Both the position numbers and the translations under genes were made by a program. A stretch of DNA of 63,322 bases, filler included, from Rhabdomonas costata (Eukaryota): NCBI GenBank assembly GCA_019059605.1. It is 49 parts of 49 records of this genome, joined end to end, with 100 filler letters (N's around TTAATTAATTAA, not from the genome) between each part and the next. Parts side by side here need not be neighbours in the genome. Positions count along the whole stretch, not along the records: positions 1 to 1,195 come from JAHMHO010024099.1; positions 1,296 to 2,490 come from JAHMHO010024100.1; positions 2,591 to 3,785 come from JAHMHO010024101.1; positions 3,886 to 5,080 come from JAHMHO010024102.1; positions 5,181 to 6,373 come from JAHMHO010024103.1; positions 6,474 to 7,668 come from JAHMHO010024104.1; positions 7,769 to 8,963 come from JAHMHO010024105.1; positions 9,064 to 10,258 come from JAHMHO010024106.1; 41 more parts are not named here. The stretch is one strand, 5' to 3'. The notes beneath the pieces were generated by a model. It had not been told where the DNA came from and did not search any database. It saw only the letters and a program-made list of their open reading frames with translations. Shown here in pieces: positions 1-11,730 of this stretch (position 1 is the first letter of the stretch; each line of letters begins with the position of its first letter).

Positions 1-295
1 GGTTTTGGGGTGGGAGTAATTGTAGTGGGAAGGAGGCGGGCATCGAATATGTAATATCGTTGCAGCCTTCATGATCTTGTGCGCCCCACTCGCATAGTTT
101 TGGTTGTTTTGGAAACTGTTAAGACGGACTTATGCATCTTCATTTAACATTCATCATTAAACCAACAACACCATTACACGATTAACATTAATGAACGGTC
201 AGCTACAAGGAGGCACGAAAAGCGTGAATGTGTGTATGAATATGTGAGTGGGCGGGCGTGGACGGGCGTGCGTGTGTGATTGCGCCCTTGCGCAC

Positions 296-1084
296 CGGAC
301 GCCGGGGAGTGTCCTGGGCCGAACATCAGGTCATCCGAGCAAACCATGAAGTGCACCCCGCGGTGCCGGAGGGTGTGCGCAACGTACCGAACGGAGACCT
401 GTGCGTGTTTGGCCAAAGAAAGCAAAATTCACAGAGTGTATTTGTATGCGCGCAACAACAATATCGATCAACTCACTCGGTGCTGCTCTACCACTTTTCA
501 GAAGAATGAGATACATTCGTTTCAGTGTTAAACAAAAAGAGGCACTGCATCCAACCACACCACAGCTCAAGTATGTTGCTACTAAAAGATGAAAACATCA
601 CAGGAGGAAAAAGACATGATAAAGCCGAAGAAGAAGTATAATACAAGAATAATAAGAAGCGTGATATTCGGGACAGCAAATCCACACAAAAAACTAACAC
701 TTCAAAAGCCAACGAGCGCACCGCTGGAGCGGCACCCACAAGAACACACACATGCATGCGCGCGCGCACACACACACACATACAAAGAATCCAGACACCC
801 TCCGGCATCGAACACACACAACCAGCCGCACATTCCGCGCGCACACCACAGCGCCGTAGAAGCTGAACGCGGAAAGCACCAGGTTCCACAGGGCGAACAA
901 CGGCCTCAGGCTGAGGCCCTTGCCCTTCCCCGGGGGCAGCAGAGCGGGCACCCCGAACACCATCCCGATGTACAGCAGGGAGACCACCACCGGGGCCTCC
1001 CACCGGGCCTTAACATACTCCCACGTGGGGTGGCAGTCGAAGCTCGACAACCACGCCGGCACATCCTCCAGGAAGGAAGCGCTG
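296..1084 (-). CDS. Fatty acid elongase (GNS1/SUR4/ELO family), partial, 2 exons
   Basis: Exon ~1084-847 reads ...VSLLYIGMVFG...LRPLFALWNLVLSAFSFYGAV. A GT-AG intron (846-399) follows. Exon 398-296 reads VSVRYVAHTLRHRGVHFMVCSDD. The join is phase 0 and in frame. Confidence 0.85.
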
Positions 1085-3896
1085 CTGAGACCAGCGACCA
1101 TTCTTTTGTTAGCCCTGGGTTCACTTGCTTTCTCAAAGTTGCTCGCTCACACTCAGAACTTTCCCAGGGGGATCCGAAAACCACCCCACCCCACANNNNN
1201 NNNNNNNNNNNNNNNNNNNNNNNNNNNNNNNNNNNNNNNTTAATTAATTAANNNNNNNNNNNNNNNNNNNNNNNNNNNNNNNNNNNNNNNNNNNNTTGTT
1301 GTTTGAAAAAAATATAGAAGCGCGTCCCCAGTACGTGGCAGGTATTGGGGGTGATGGTGACAAGCATCAAACAGAGCGGACGAAGCACAACAAAGGGGAA
1401 AAGGCGGAGAAAAAAGAGAAGGCAGCGATATAGGGCAGGGTTTTGGGCAGAAATTTTACAAACCAAGCTTGGAACAAATTTGATGACTAGTCCGTGATTA
1501 GAATATTGCCGGAAGATGCCAGAAACCCGGACTTTTTCAGGAAGACGGGAACCAAGGAACGTCGTACCTAAAATCGGGAATACGAGCTAACGCTTGGTAG
1601 GTCTTTTGCCCCGGGTCCGCGGCACACTGATATGGGGGCAAATGCCGTGGCAAAGCTTGTGCTGACACTTCTGGGGCTACCATGTTGCGTTTGGATCGGC
1701 AAATGGTGAACCAGATTCTAGGTTCGCCCATAGGAACCTTTTGGGACGAACAGCGCCGACCTCAGACTTTTGAAGGTGCAATGGAGGTCCTTTTATAAAA
1801 ACGGGAAGTCCTGAACCACGGCGATTGTTGCGGCCACAATGGAAACGACCGGGACGGGGGAGGCAAAGTGTTATGGAAAGTCCTTGATTTCGGGCTTCCG
1901 CTCGCTTTTCGACGGGGAATCGCTGGATCCACGGCGTTGTCTTCAGAAACCGTTTGTGCGCCCTCAGTCCGGAAAAGGAAGAAGGAGAGTAGGACGAGAA
2001 ACCGGCAGCCAGGAGACGAAGTGAAGGTGGCATTCGTGGTGCTGAGAGATTGGACCTCTGGAATGGGATACATGCGTTTCTACCCGCATGCGGGATGCGG
2101 AAGGCGAAGGAAACACCAGATTGTTGCCGACAGGTGTGCCGAACAAGCGGCACAAGGACATCTGACGAAGCAAATTCTAAGAGGGGATCGAAAGTGTGGC
2201 ACAGAAGCACAAAAGGAGCGGAAGGCCAAGAATCCTGAAGACACCAAGCGGCCGTCGATTGACTTTGCCGGGGTGACCTCACGTCGTGGCAAAGTTTGAA
2301 GCAGCGGACCGAAGCCATGCCTTGGGGCATCGGGGTGCCCGTTGCTCCCTTCGATTAAGGCCGCACAACCCTGGCAGCAGCACCAGACCGCGCCGCGGTG
2401 AAAGAAGCAGATGGACCCTTGAGGCCCGGTGGCAACCCCCCGCCAGCGCGCGGGAACAAGAACTACCAAACACCACCATCACCAACCCCCNNNNNNNNNN
2501 NNNNNNNNNNNNNNNNNNNNNNNNNNNNNNNNNNTTAATTAATTAANNNNNNNNNNNNNNNNNNNNNNNNNNNNNNNNNNNNNNNNNNNNTGTTTTGGTT
2601 TACCACATGCGCCGTTTCAAACCCAAGCGGATCAATGATGAGTAATTTTATAAGCACATTCTCATGTCAAACCCCAATATCGACTCCAGGGGAGATCGAT
2701 TACGACAGTGGCCGTTTTCTGACATTTCTTGCTTTGGCCCATCTGCTCTCTCTGTCATCCTCACGCTCGCAAACACGCACAGATGAGGCGATAAGCGCCC
2801 ATCTTTCATGAACGCAATTTCTTTGTTAGTTGAAAAAGAATTTGGTGAGAGCGGGCCCAGACAGAGAGAAGCAGAACTGAGGACTCTTCTGGCATGAAAT
2901 CACGAAGGAAAAACAAGAATAATAAAACTCGTATTGACAATTGGTTGACAAATGCCTTGAGCATCGCTCCGTGGTACCGGGATACACAAAAAAAATGAGA
3001 TCAATTGAACTCACAAATTTTCCAACCCCAAAAAGAGTCAAACAAGAAAAGTGCTTGGTGCTTTTTTTGGCCCACACCCACATGATGATCGGCTCATGAC
3101 TGTCTGATTCCGTCGGTGCAGCCGCCGCGGAGACGGAAGCAGTGGCGAAGGGGTGAGGCACGGCGGCCGCTGGGACTTCGGAGTCCCCCCCACTGACCCC
3201 ACCAGTGCGGACTAGGGCAGAGGAAGGGCCGCCAGCAGCGAGGGCAGGCGCCGCCTCGGGCACGGGGGAGGGCATCCCAGGGAAAGCCGTCAGCATCCGC
3301 TCCAGATCCGCTGGAACCCAGAAACATAGAGAGAACAGCATATCCCAAAGTAACATTGAGGTGTATTGATAATGGATCGGATGAATGGTGGATCAGCTCC
3401 GGATTCTTTTTCATGAACATACATGATAGATAACAAAAATTGATCAAACGAGGGGCCAATCTGTACCAGCGAAACAAAATACCCTTCATGTTCCTGTTCA
3501 TGGAAACAATTAACATGTAATAATACGGAATAACATCGCGGTGCGGTGGACACTTTTATTGGGCGAACTTGATGTTGCTGGTTTTTTTTGCCTTTCTGCC
3601 AAAGAAAAAAGAGAGACGATACCCTGTCTCGTTTCCTCCCCTATTCTCATTCCGCTAGCTTCCCGCATTCAAGGTGCTCCGGTACTGTCCGCATGTGTCT
3701 GCACTGATCCCCTGCAATATTACTTTCAGTTTCTCATCTAAAACAGAGGCCCTGCGGCTCCGGAGCTTGCCCTGTGTGACAAACCNNNNNNNNNNNNNNN
3801 NNNNNNNNNNNNNNNNNNNNNNNNNNNNNTTAATTAATTAANNNNNNNNNNNNNNNNNNNNNNNNNNNNNNNNNNNNNNNNNNNNGTGGGTGTGGG

Positions 3897-4096
3897 GGCG
3901 GATGATATAACTAGCCTGCAAGTTCCATTCACATGCAATGGTCGTGTTTGGTTGTGAAACCACATCTCTAAGGACACGGGAACCCACCGATACGCTGGAA
4001 GCATGTGAGACCCACATGTGAGAGCCGTGATTACCACTCAACCAAACACGACCATTGCATGTGAATGGAACTTGCAGGCTAGTTATATCATCCGCC
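3897..4096. repeat. Contig-end fold-back inverted repeat (~58-bp arms), probable amplification chimera
   Basis: 3897-3954 is the reverse complement of ~4039-4096. The outer arm begins with G/T-only bases that mismatch the inner copy. Confidence 0.85.
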
Positions 4097-5762
4097 TCCA
4101 CGCACACGCACGATAAGCAACGGAGGAGTACGTTGGGTAGAAGGCCGCTGGAAGGCGGTGAGACATACGCTATGCGTTAACGGCTCAGGTGCTGATGTGA
4201 AACATAGTGGCATATGGTGCCACATGGACCTATGCGATCAGAGACACTACACTATAGCGTACGCATAGCGTAGTACTATGTGTATGTATGTTATTGGTAG
4301 AGGTAGAGGCAGAGGGTAGAGGCAGTGCAATGCTGGTACGCTACACCAGATGCATTAATGGTGATGTATCAGCTTCCAACCCCTGTAGTTGTATGGGTGT
4401 AGTAACCCTGTAATCCAGTGCATAGGGTGGATGATGTTGATGTTGATGATGCTGTTGTGCCATCTGGTGGCCCATAGGCGTGGCTATCCTGGTAGTGGCG
4501 ACGCCTACATGTGTATGTCTGATGGGATAATTGCCATAGTGGTGTCTCCGAAAACCAACATGACTGGTATGGATGCCTTAACCGCCACACCCAACGCATT
4601 AACCCAACAGAACCACGCTATGGGTGATAAGGCAGGGGCACACAAACACCGTGGAACTGTGATGGTGGTGGAGTCAACAATCATATGGCATTCAGAGGCC
4701 AAGGGTGATGCGGCAACCCACCACCAAAACCAGAACTCACTTACGGAGCGTTAGGAATTCCATCTTATGCGTATGCCTCTTCCCCCGGTGGTCCGGGAAA
4801 ATTCTGAGGGCTTATGGGTTGATGCGGCACCTTAACCCGCCATATTAATTCCAAGGAAGGTATTCCGCCTGGACGTATTGAGCGCAACCTTGACAGCGGG
4901 GGAGCGAACGGAGAGACAGGTATGGAGAGAGAGAGAGGTATTGTGAACAAGGCAGCGGCCAATGGAGTGGCGGTCCGCCCCGCGGCTTTGCACGCCGAAA
5001 GGGCGACACGAAGCACCACACATGCCCGCATTCACCCTTCCACTTTGCCGGCCGGCAGGCTTTTACTTCACACCCACACANNNNNNNNNNNNNNNNNNNN
5101 NNNNNNNNNNNNNNNNNNNNNNNNTTAATTAATTAANNNNNNNNNNNNNNNNNNNNNNNNNNNNNNNNNNNNNNNNNNNNGGGTTTTTTTTTGCCTATTT
5201 TGCGCTTTTTTTTTTACAACGATGTCGGCGGGAAAGTTCTTGCAGTAGGCAATGAACAGACTGGCGTTGCAAGGATAAACCAGTTGAACAGAATGCACTT
5301 GATCCTCGCACCAAGAAACAATTCACAAGAAGGACGCGGGAGATCGGTGGGGGAAAGCAAACTACAAAGACCGACCCGGGAGTGGCAATTCCGAGAGGGG
5401 GAAAAGGGCAGAAACTGTATGATGATGGGCTATTTTTATCTAGTTTTGACAATTTAGATCATAATAAGGAAGTTTTAGGTTTGACCCCTTGTGTCAGTTC
5501 AGGGTTGAAGAAGGAATGTTAGGGGTAGCACTATGCCTTAGGATGGAAAGGAGCTCTCGGGCACGAGTGACGGAAAGTTTTTTTTGAAAGGACAATGAAT
5601 GGTTGGCATTGCTGCGCACCAGCATCTTCAACTGGTGCCGCCCATGCGGTCGGATTTTTTGTGGGGAATGCCCCGCCCCTCAAGTAGGTGAGGAGTGGTC
5701 GGCAGTTCGTTCCGTTCCGTTCCGTTCAGTTATCGGATTCTTGCGTTCGTGTGCATATGCAG

Positions 5763-6350
5763 CGCCAACCTGTGCGAACCAGACCGTGACGTGTGCCAGG
5801 GGCACGGTGGCTGTGGGCAGCCCCTCCACCACCCTTTGCGTGACTCACACCTGCAACTCCACGGACTGCTGCGTGCCCCGTGTGTGCCCTCTCCCATCCC
5901 ATCACCTCTCCGTGGGTGCGATTAGAACCCTCTGTGCCTATTGCTTGTTTGACAACCATGAAAAGGGGGAACACACAATGCTCTGCTGAAACAACCACCT
6001 TCAGATGAAGTTGCGAACGGTGGCGTTCAAGAGTACCTGGGATGGGCCAGTCAGTGGTTTCTCTTTAGCGTCGTCAGCTACTGCTCCGTTTTGCCCGTGT
6101 ACGAAGTGGACGTTTTCGGTGTTGGAAAAGACGGTTTGTTTTGGTTTGGTCGCTTCTTTGATTCGGCGTAGCCCTATGCTCTTCTGTCGGTGTGACCTTT
6201 GGCTTTGATGGTATAAATCCACTTCAGAGCCCACGTGTGCGAAGCAGCCCAGCGTGCAGTGCAACGGCAGCCTGCCCATCCCAAAAGCAAACCTGAGCAC
6301 CGTGTTCTGCTCTGCCGCCGCGTGCCAGCAGGAAGAGTGCTGCAAGCCAG
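5763..6350 (+). CDS. Cys-rich repeat extracellular protein, two symmetric phase-1 exons, partial
   Basis: Exon 5763-5879 reads PTCANQTVTCARGTVAVGSPSTTLCVTHTCNSTDCCVP. Exon 6228-6350 reads PTCAKQPSVQCNGSLPIPKANLSTVFCSAAACQQEECCKP. Both are AG/GT-bounded with the same 6-Cys spacing. Confidence 0.75.
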
Positions 6351-6861
6351 GTCTCTCTTCAGCACCCCCCCCCNNNNNNNNNNNNNNNNNNNNNNNNNNN
6401 NNNNNNNNNNNNNNNNNTTAATTAATTAANNNNNNNNNNNNNNNNNNNNNNNNNNNNNNNNNNNNNNNNNNNNAATAATTGTAATCCACCAGCAAAACAC
6501 TTCGCCGAGCCTTCTGCCTTTTTGTGGTGGTTGTTCTTTCGTTTCACTCAAGGCTTCCAGTGTCCGCCAGCATTCATAATTTGTTCAAGGGGAAGAAAGA
6601 GACGAAGAACCGTGTAGAAGAACCATGCCTCGTGACATCCGTTCCGTACTTCAACCGCATACCTTGACATTCTTCCCGATCTCACGGATATTCATGACCA
6701 ATGACCTGGTCTGAGTAAAAAACCTCCCCTTACCAAGAGGAGATCAACACATGGTTCGACGAGCAGAAACAGTGTCAAATGAATGCAACAGCAACATTCG
6801 TGGTGAAAACAAAATGGTCGCTTTTTCAGCACAGGCACAAGACATCGCTTGCTGACGACAC

Positions 6862-7228
6862 CTCAATTTGGGTAACCCCGGTGTAGTTGCCCGCGGTGAA
6901 AGTGAACCACCACACGTATCCCTCGCTGTCCGGATGCACGTCGGTAATATTGCCATCGCCGGAGACAATCTTAGCATCGAACCCAAGCCAAGGCACAATG
7001 CGCAGTAGCGGCACACAGGAGCACTTTTGACGTCACAACCCTCATTTAGCTTTAGCTACAGCAGAAAAGGGTTGCAGTTGTAGGTAGGTCCCCGGGTTTA
7101 AACCTGAAAAAGGAAGCCTCGGCCGCTGGGCCCGTCATTACAAGTGTCGTTCCAGCCAAGGCCACAACGAGAAACTACGGTTCCCGCCGGAGTCTCTGTA
7201 GACAAGTAAAAACCAAACGAGTCGCTCC
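6862..7228 (-). CDS. Putative extracellular Ig-like/beta-sandwich protein, partial, 2 exons
   Basis: Exons 7228-7104 and 6969-6862 join in frame: ...GRGFLFQ|IVSGDGNITDVHPDSEGYVWWFTFTAGNYTGVTQIE. The peptide has a beta-strand pattern and N-glycosylation sequons. Confidence 0.45.
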
Positions 7229-8029
7229 CTGGAGGCGGAAATATCCAGCAAAACAACGAGGACAAAGACGACGCGCGGATCATCCAAAAGTCCAAAAGGA
7301 GCTCCTAACGTCCCCTGCATAACGAGTACCAGATCACCAACTGTTTCCGACACCGGACAGGGAAGGAAACAGCACAAATGTTGAAACAGTTAAACGACTC
7401 AATCGAGCACGGCAGGTGGCTTCGAAATGGACTCTGTACTACGTGCTCATTCAGCAGTTCCTGCATCGACCCCCTGACAAGTCCAAACAATTTTGATGCA
7501 AGAGCTTCGCCCTGTAAAACCCTACAACAAAAAACAGCCTCGAATAGGGGCCCACCCAACCCCTCTGTGGGCAAAAGCCACTCTCTATTCAAGAACAAGC
7601 GCAACGCTCCCCCTCCTTCAGCCCTCAAAGCGGCCCAAAACATCCTGGACCTTCAAAAATGTGTTTTTNNNNNNNNNNNNNNNNNNNNNNNNNNNNNNNN
7701 NNNNNNNNNNNNTTAATTAATTAANNNNNNNNNNNNNNNNNNNNNNNNNNNNNNNNNNNNNNNNNNNNTGTGTTTGGGGGTGTGTGTTCAAGCGGAAATC
7801 ATGCCGATGAAAGCTTATCCAGGGTGGGTTATGATACTCAGCTGCCGGTGCTCCCTCACTCTCTTTGCTTCTCACGAGCTGCATGTACATATCTGTTGAC
7901 TTCAGGACGATTTGTCCTTTCTCCGTGAGGGTGTGTTGCGTGCGGCTTTCATTTGGTGGTGTGTTGTCCGTTGTACTGCGGTGGCCGTGCTGTGTGCCCT
8001 GCGCTGGCCTTCCGTGAGGGCGCGGCAGG

Positions 8030-8549
8030 ATGGACCTCGAGGGGGGAGCGGCGGTGGACCGCGCCCACCAGGGCCGCTGGCGGAACTTCAGCGCGGAGGT
8101 CTCCAGCATCCTAGCGAGCTTTGACAAAGCCAAGGAGTGGGCCGATGTGATCAACTCTCTTAACGAACTGCAGAGGTGGCTGTGCCTCGACCTCCGCCCC
8201 TCACCTATCGTTGTGCCTGTTGCGTATTGTCTTTGCAATTGAAAAAGAGACGGAGTTTCATGTCACTGCACCGCAGGCACCGTCTCTAGGTAAGCAGAAT
8301 TGTTGAAGTGTTTACTAACGTTGAAAGAGAGGTTATGGAGCGAAGCAGTTTTCACGAGGTGTTTATCGTTGTCACTTGGAAAATGGCACATATCTTTTCA
8401 GGGTGCTGGTTCAGCGGAGATACGAGATGTTTGACAGTGTGCCGGAGAAGCTCGTGCTGTGCAAACGTCTCGCGCAATCGTTCAACCCATCCCTCCCCGC
8501 GGGGGTTCACATGAGCGCGCTGGACACCTACGACTGCGTCCTGCAGAAG
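8030..8549 (+). CDS. DOP1: Dopey (Dopey_N domain), first two exons
   Basis: Exon 8030-8175 reads ...RWRNFSAEVSSILASFDKAKEWADVINSLNELQ. A GT-AG intron spans 8176-8401. Exon 8402-8549 reads ...VPEKLVLCKRLAQSFNPSLPAGVHMSALDTY, matching the Dopey EWAD and KRLAQCLNPxLPxGVH motifs. Confidence 0.92.
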
Positions 8550-8577
8550 GTCCCCGCTCTGTTTCTACCTCTGTTGT

Positions 8578-8609
<32 letters not shown>

Positions 8610-9555
8610 GGTCTTGTTTTCGCTTTTTATTCGCCAACGCCACTGCGGTGGATTAACGAGGCGCCAGTTTATCAGATCATCGCCCAGGAATTGAAAGCAT
8701 GGGTGTGCCCCAAGTCAGAGGCGAGTTCATGAGGATGCATAGAAAATTCTGAACTTGCCATGCGGCCTGGAAAATTCGAGCCCAATGCTGCCGAGATGAA
8801 GACTGGTGCCAGTGCAAGTGGCTTCCAAGTGGCTTCCACCTTCCTTAAATTGGAAGGTGATCAACGCTCCTGTGCTGGAAGGCAGAACGCATTGCAACCT
8901 CCTTCTGACTCGCAGTGTCAGTTTAGACTAGCAGAAACGCCTGAAACACACTGCACAAAACACNNNNNNNNNNNNNNNNNNNNNNNNNNNNNNNNNNNNN
9001 NNNNNNNTTAATTAATTAANNNNNNNNNNNNNNNNNNNNNNNNNNNNNNNNNNNNNNNNNNNNGTGGTTCTCAGTGCCTGTTTTCCATGATTCCTCTCAT
9101 AGAATGCAACTGCATGTTTTTGAAATTGTTGGCGTCTGCATCATTGTACGTATTTATGGCCCGGGTCGTGCCAAAAGTGAAAGTTGGAGCAGCGGAATCT
9201 AGCTGTCAACCGTTTTTGAATGCCTCCAGTAAACAACGGGCAGATGCATGCAAAGCTTGCTGGGTACCCCTGCCTGTGAGGCTTACTTTGGGCGGCTGCC
9301 GCACAGCGTTTCATGCAAGCGATGGCATGTGACAGATTTGGCCACATGGCGAGATTTTTGCTCTAGTAGTCAAATAGTGTTTGTTGCAGGTTTTACTGGA
9401 GAAAAAAGTCGAAATACCAGCCTCCCAAATATGAGGACGCCACGCCAGCGATGGAGCATTGCTATTTGCAGGGGTTGCCGTCGTCATTGGTGCACTTCCG
9501 TTTTTAACGAAAACTGCTCCAATGGGAAGTTCGCGGGCGTCCGCTCCCTCTCCAG

Positions 9556-10258
9556 TGTACGTTGAGCTCCTCTCTCGCCAAGCTGGCGACCAGCGGGACG
9601 CCCTACTCACCAGGTTGCACACCCGCCAAGCAGCAAGCAGAGACCCGAAGGTGTCAAGGTGGCGGTGACTTTGAAACCCCCGATAGGGGCTCGAGCACCT
9701 GTGTCTTTCTACGAGCGTGCGCGTCCAAACCGGCCTCCGTAACTGGTGCACCGTTGACAAGATTGTGGTCATGCTTCTGCGGGCTTCCTCATTGTATGCC
9801 ACAGCAGTGGTCCAGACTTGCCGCAGAGTGCCCCTTTTCTTCCTCCGAACCCTTCTTTTTGGGTGTTTTAACAGCAGTTCTGCTCTGCGTAGGGTTTGCC
9901 GTCGTCCTCTTTGCTGACCTCTTATCTACCTTTTCTGATCCACGCTTTGTGCTTGTCGCTATTCGTTTCTTTTTCCACATTGTGGGCCCAAGGAGATGGC
10001 GGATCCGATGTCCGTCGAAGCCAGGCTTCCCCGCCGGAACTCGCTGGACTCCCTGGCCACGGCTCTGCAGAACACCCCTCCCATAGCCTCCACGGTGAGC
10101 ACGTTTGAGATCCCTCAGAGCCTTACTCTGGATGCCATCACACATCCTGTTTTAGCCTGCGGGACCCCCGAGGCGGAGGAAACTGCCCTGCCTGCACCGC
10201 CGTTGGATTCCTTCATCATCAGCGAGACTACCTCCAGCTTCACCCCGATCCCAGTGCC
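9556..10258 (+). CDS. Hypothetical protein, partial, 2 exons
   Basis: Exon 9556-9650 is AG/GT-bounded. Exon 9993-10258 joins in phase 0 and is Pro/Ser-rich. No family recognised. Confidence 0.45.
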
Positions 10259-10443
10259 NNNNNNNNNNNNNNNNNNNNNNNNNNNNNNNNNNNNNNNNNN
10301 NNTTAATTAATTAANNNNNNNNNNNNNNNNNNNNNNNNNNNNNNNNNNNNNNNNNNNNTGTGGGTGTTTGTGGCTTGAAGTTTCGGGAAAGTGGGTGTGG
10401 GGAGGGGATCTTTCGGAGTTAGAGGGCGTTTGGATTTTCACAG

Positions 10444-11545
10444 ACTCCGGGGCCGTGACTGAGATTGTCGCCTCTGTGGTGGCCTCCGTGGTGGTGGTTG
10501 GGGTGGCCGTCTTGGTGTACTGCTTGTGTCGGAGGAAGATCTTGCTCTCCGCCCCTGGTCCTCTCTTCACGTCCTGTTCTGCTGCAGCTACTGTGCTTTA
10601 TTTTTGCGCTTTCCTCTGCACCGGTGGGGAAAGTGAAGCCTTAGCTGAGGCAGCCTTTCGGATCGAAACGGACAGCGGCGGGTAGCGACCCAACAAACGT
10701 GTGGTGCCAGGCAAGGTCGGATGGTCGCAGCAACCAGTGCACCTCCTTTCTTTGTTTTTCGTCCTTCTTTCTTCATTGGAGGCTGTTGTATTGGATCGGG
10801 GGGGGGTCGTTAACATTGAACCGCCACAGGCGGTGGGAAAGATTTTCCACTATGGGGCTGTGGCACCACGTATCTAACCTCCATTCCATTTGTCCAAAAC
10901 ACGAAGCTTTTCTTCCCGCCTTCCCGCAATTCAGTTATTTCTCTTTCCTCCTCCTTCTTTCCTGTGTATTCCCAATCCTTCTGCCCTCTTCTTCATCTCT
11001 TTCGTTTTTTGCCCTTCGCGATCCCCCCACCCCGATTTCCTGCTCACCGCAGGCTTTCTCGGTTTGGGCTTTGGGGAGGCGGTGGAAGTCCGGGACGAGA
11101 AGTGGGAGGCCAAGTTCAAGGAGCTGTTTGAGAAAGAACGCAGCATCCTCATGACGAAGGCGGAGCCTCTGCTGGCCTCCGCCCAGGAGGTCCACGCTGC
11201 GGGCAGCCAGAACGCGGTGAGCTTTGCGAAGGAATGCATGCAGTGGGCGCAGACCAACTTTCCTGACAGCGTGCTGGCGGTGGCGACGTGTCGGTGGTGG
11301 ACCATGGGCGAAAGCCAAACCAACGTACGTGCCCCGTACTGGGTGATCAACAACTCGCTGAGGCCGGGGGTGCGGAAGGAAAATACCGCGGCCGTGGAGA
11401 AGGTAATGCCCGCGGTGTGCCTGCTGCTGTGGGCTCTGGAGAACCTCCCTGAGAAGCCGTTCGAGCGCAAGCCCTCGACGGTGTTCCGGGTGGTGAGCTG
11501 GCTCTTTCCGAACCCGCAGGAGCACAACCCCAGGCTCTTCCCCCA
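10444..11545 (+). CDS. Single-pass membrane protein with C-terminal ADP-ribosyltransferase (ART)-like domain, partial
   Basis: Exon 10444-10557 reads EIVASVVASVVVVGVAVLVYCLCRRK (TM helix plus basic stop-transfer). A phase-1 GT-AG intron spans 10558-11052. The exon from 11053 to the contig end reads AVATCRWWT...PYWVINNSLR...LLLWALENLP...TVFRVV, resembling the ART pattern AI.LYT...Y..LN..LR...LL..AL.KLP...TVYRG. Confidence 0.7.
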
Positions 11546-11730
11546 CCCCACCNNNNNNNNNNNNNNNNNNNNNNNNNNNNNNNNNNNNNNNNNNNNTTAA
11601 TTAATTAANNNNNNNNNNNNNNNNNNNNNNNNNNNNNNNNNNNNNNNNNNNNGGTGTTGTGGGCAGAGAGAGAGGTGATGCGTGTATGTGTGTGTGTGTG
11701 TTGGCGAGTCGGTTGGCAGGGTTCACGCAC

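Noticed and set aside
589..1251. Long ORFs in the track, such as 589..1251, 10931..11551 and 57371..57928
   Set aside because: They are antisense or off-frame shadows of GC-rich exons, or run through introns and N-linkers.
6986..7162. Non-canonical intron between 9-bp direct repeats GCCTTGGCT (168 bp apart, frame-preserving)
   Set aside because: A fully canonical GT-AG model (7103-6970) gives an in-frame product, so the non-canonical model is not needed.
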